This document shows, in pieces, positions 63,904 to 64,000 of a stretch of DNA of 64,000 nt. The DNA is from Blasia pusilla. Taxonomy: Eukaryota. Every line of letters begins with the position of its first letter. Within the stretch, counting starts at the first letter, position 1. The DNA lies in assembly GCA_050084515.1 (NCBI GenBank), contig CM114271.1:6324001-6388000 (forward strand). Reading direction: 5' to 3'. The notes beneath the pieces were generated by a model that was not told the DNA's origin, searched no databases, and worked only from the letters and a program-made list of their open reading frames with translations. Position numbers and translations under genes: made by a program.

Positions 63904-64000
63904 TGTCGTGCGCATACACATCGTTGTCACCGAACACACACACAAACACGCATGATCACATGCTAACTCATGGCATCCAAACACAGAGGCGAGAAGTACC
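63904..64000 (-). repeat. LTR 3' end of the gypsy-MTase family inserted in the Helitron helicase (runs off window)
   Basis: TGTCGTGCGCATACACATCGTTGTCA..., nearly identical to 769-865. Confidence 0.9.

Overview
Repeat-rich eukaryotic DNA, most likely from a non-seed land plant (inferred from intron structure, gene families and TE types). There are two recognisable host genes, both on the minus strand: an MBS1/MBS2-type C2H2 zinc-finger protein (18513-18848) and a multi-exon ASHH3/SDG7-like SET-domain histone methyltransferase with a C-terminal Tudor-like domain (~26.6-34.2 kb). The rest is nested, mostly decayed transposons. These are Ty3/gypsy copies, a complete Ty1/copia (LTRs, PBS, PPT, ATATA target-site duplication), a PIF/Harbinger element with a derived MITE, a CACTA-like shell, a CRE-like non-LTR fragment, Helitron Rep/helicase remnants and short non-autonomous Helitrons. 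Highlights: (1) the gypsy element at 0.8-8.4 kb carries a DNMT3-like cytosine-5 DNA methyltransferase domain between protease and RT, plus a PHD finger at the integrase C-terminus. (2) The SET gene has a tandemly duplicated 148-nt exon whose copies both end in U12-type donors, suggesting mutually exclusive splicing by spliceosome incompatibility, and upstream of it a CDC48-derived exon that can splice in frame. (3) The Harbinger element carries purple acid phosphatase and cytochrome P450 fragments. All assignments come from reading motifs by eye; no searches were run, and boundaries of decayed elements are approximate.
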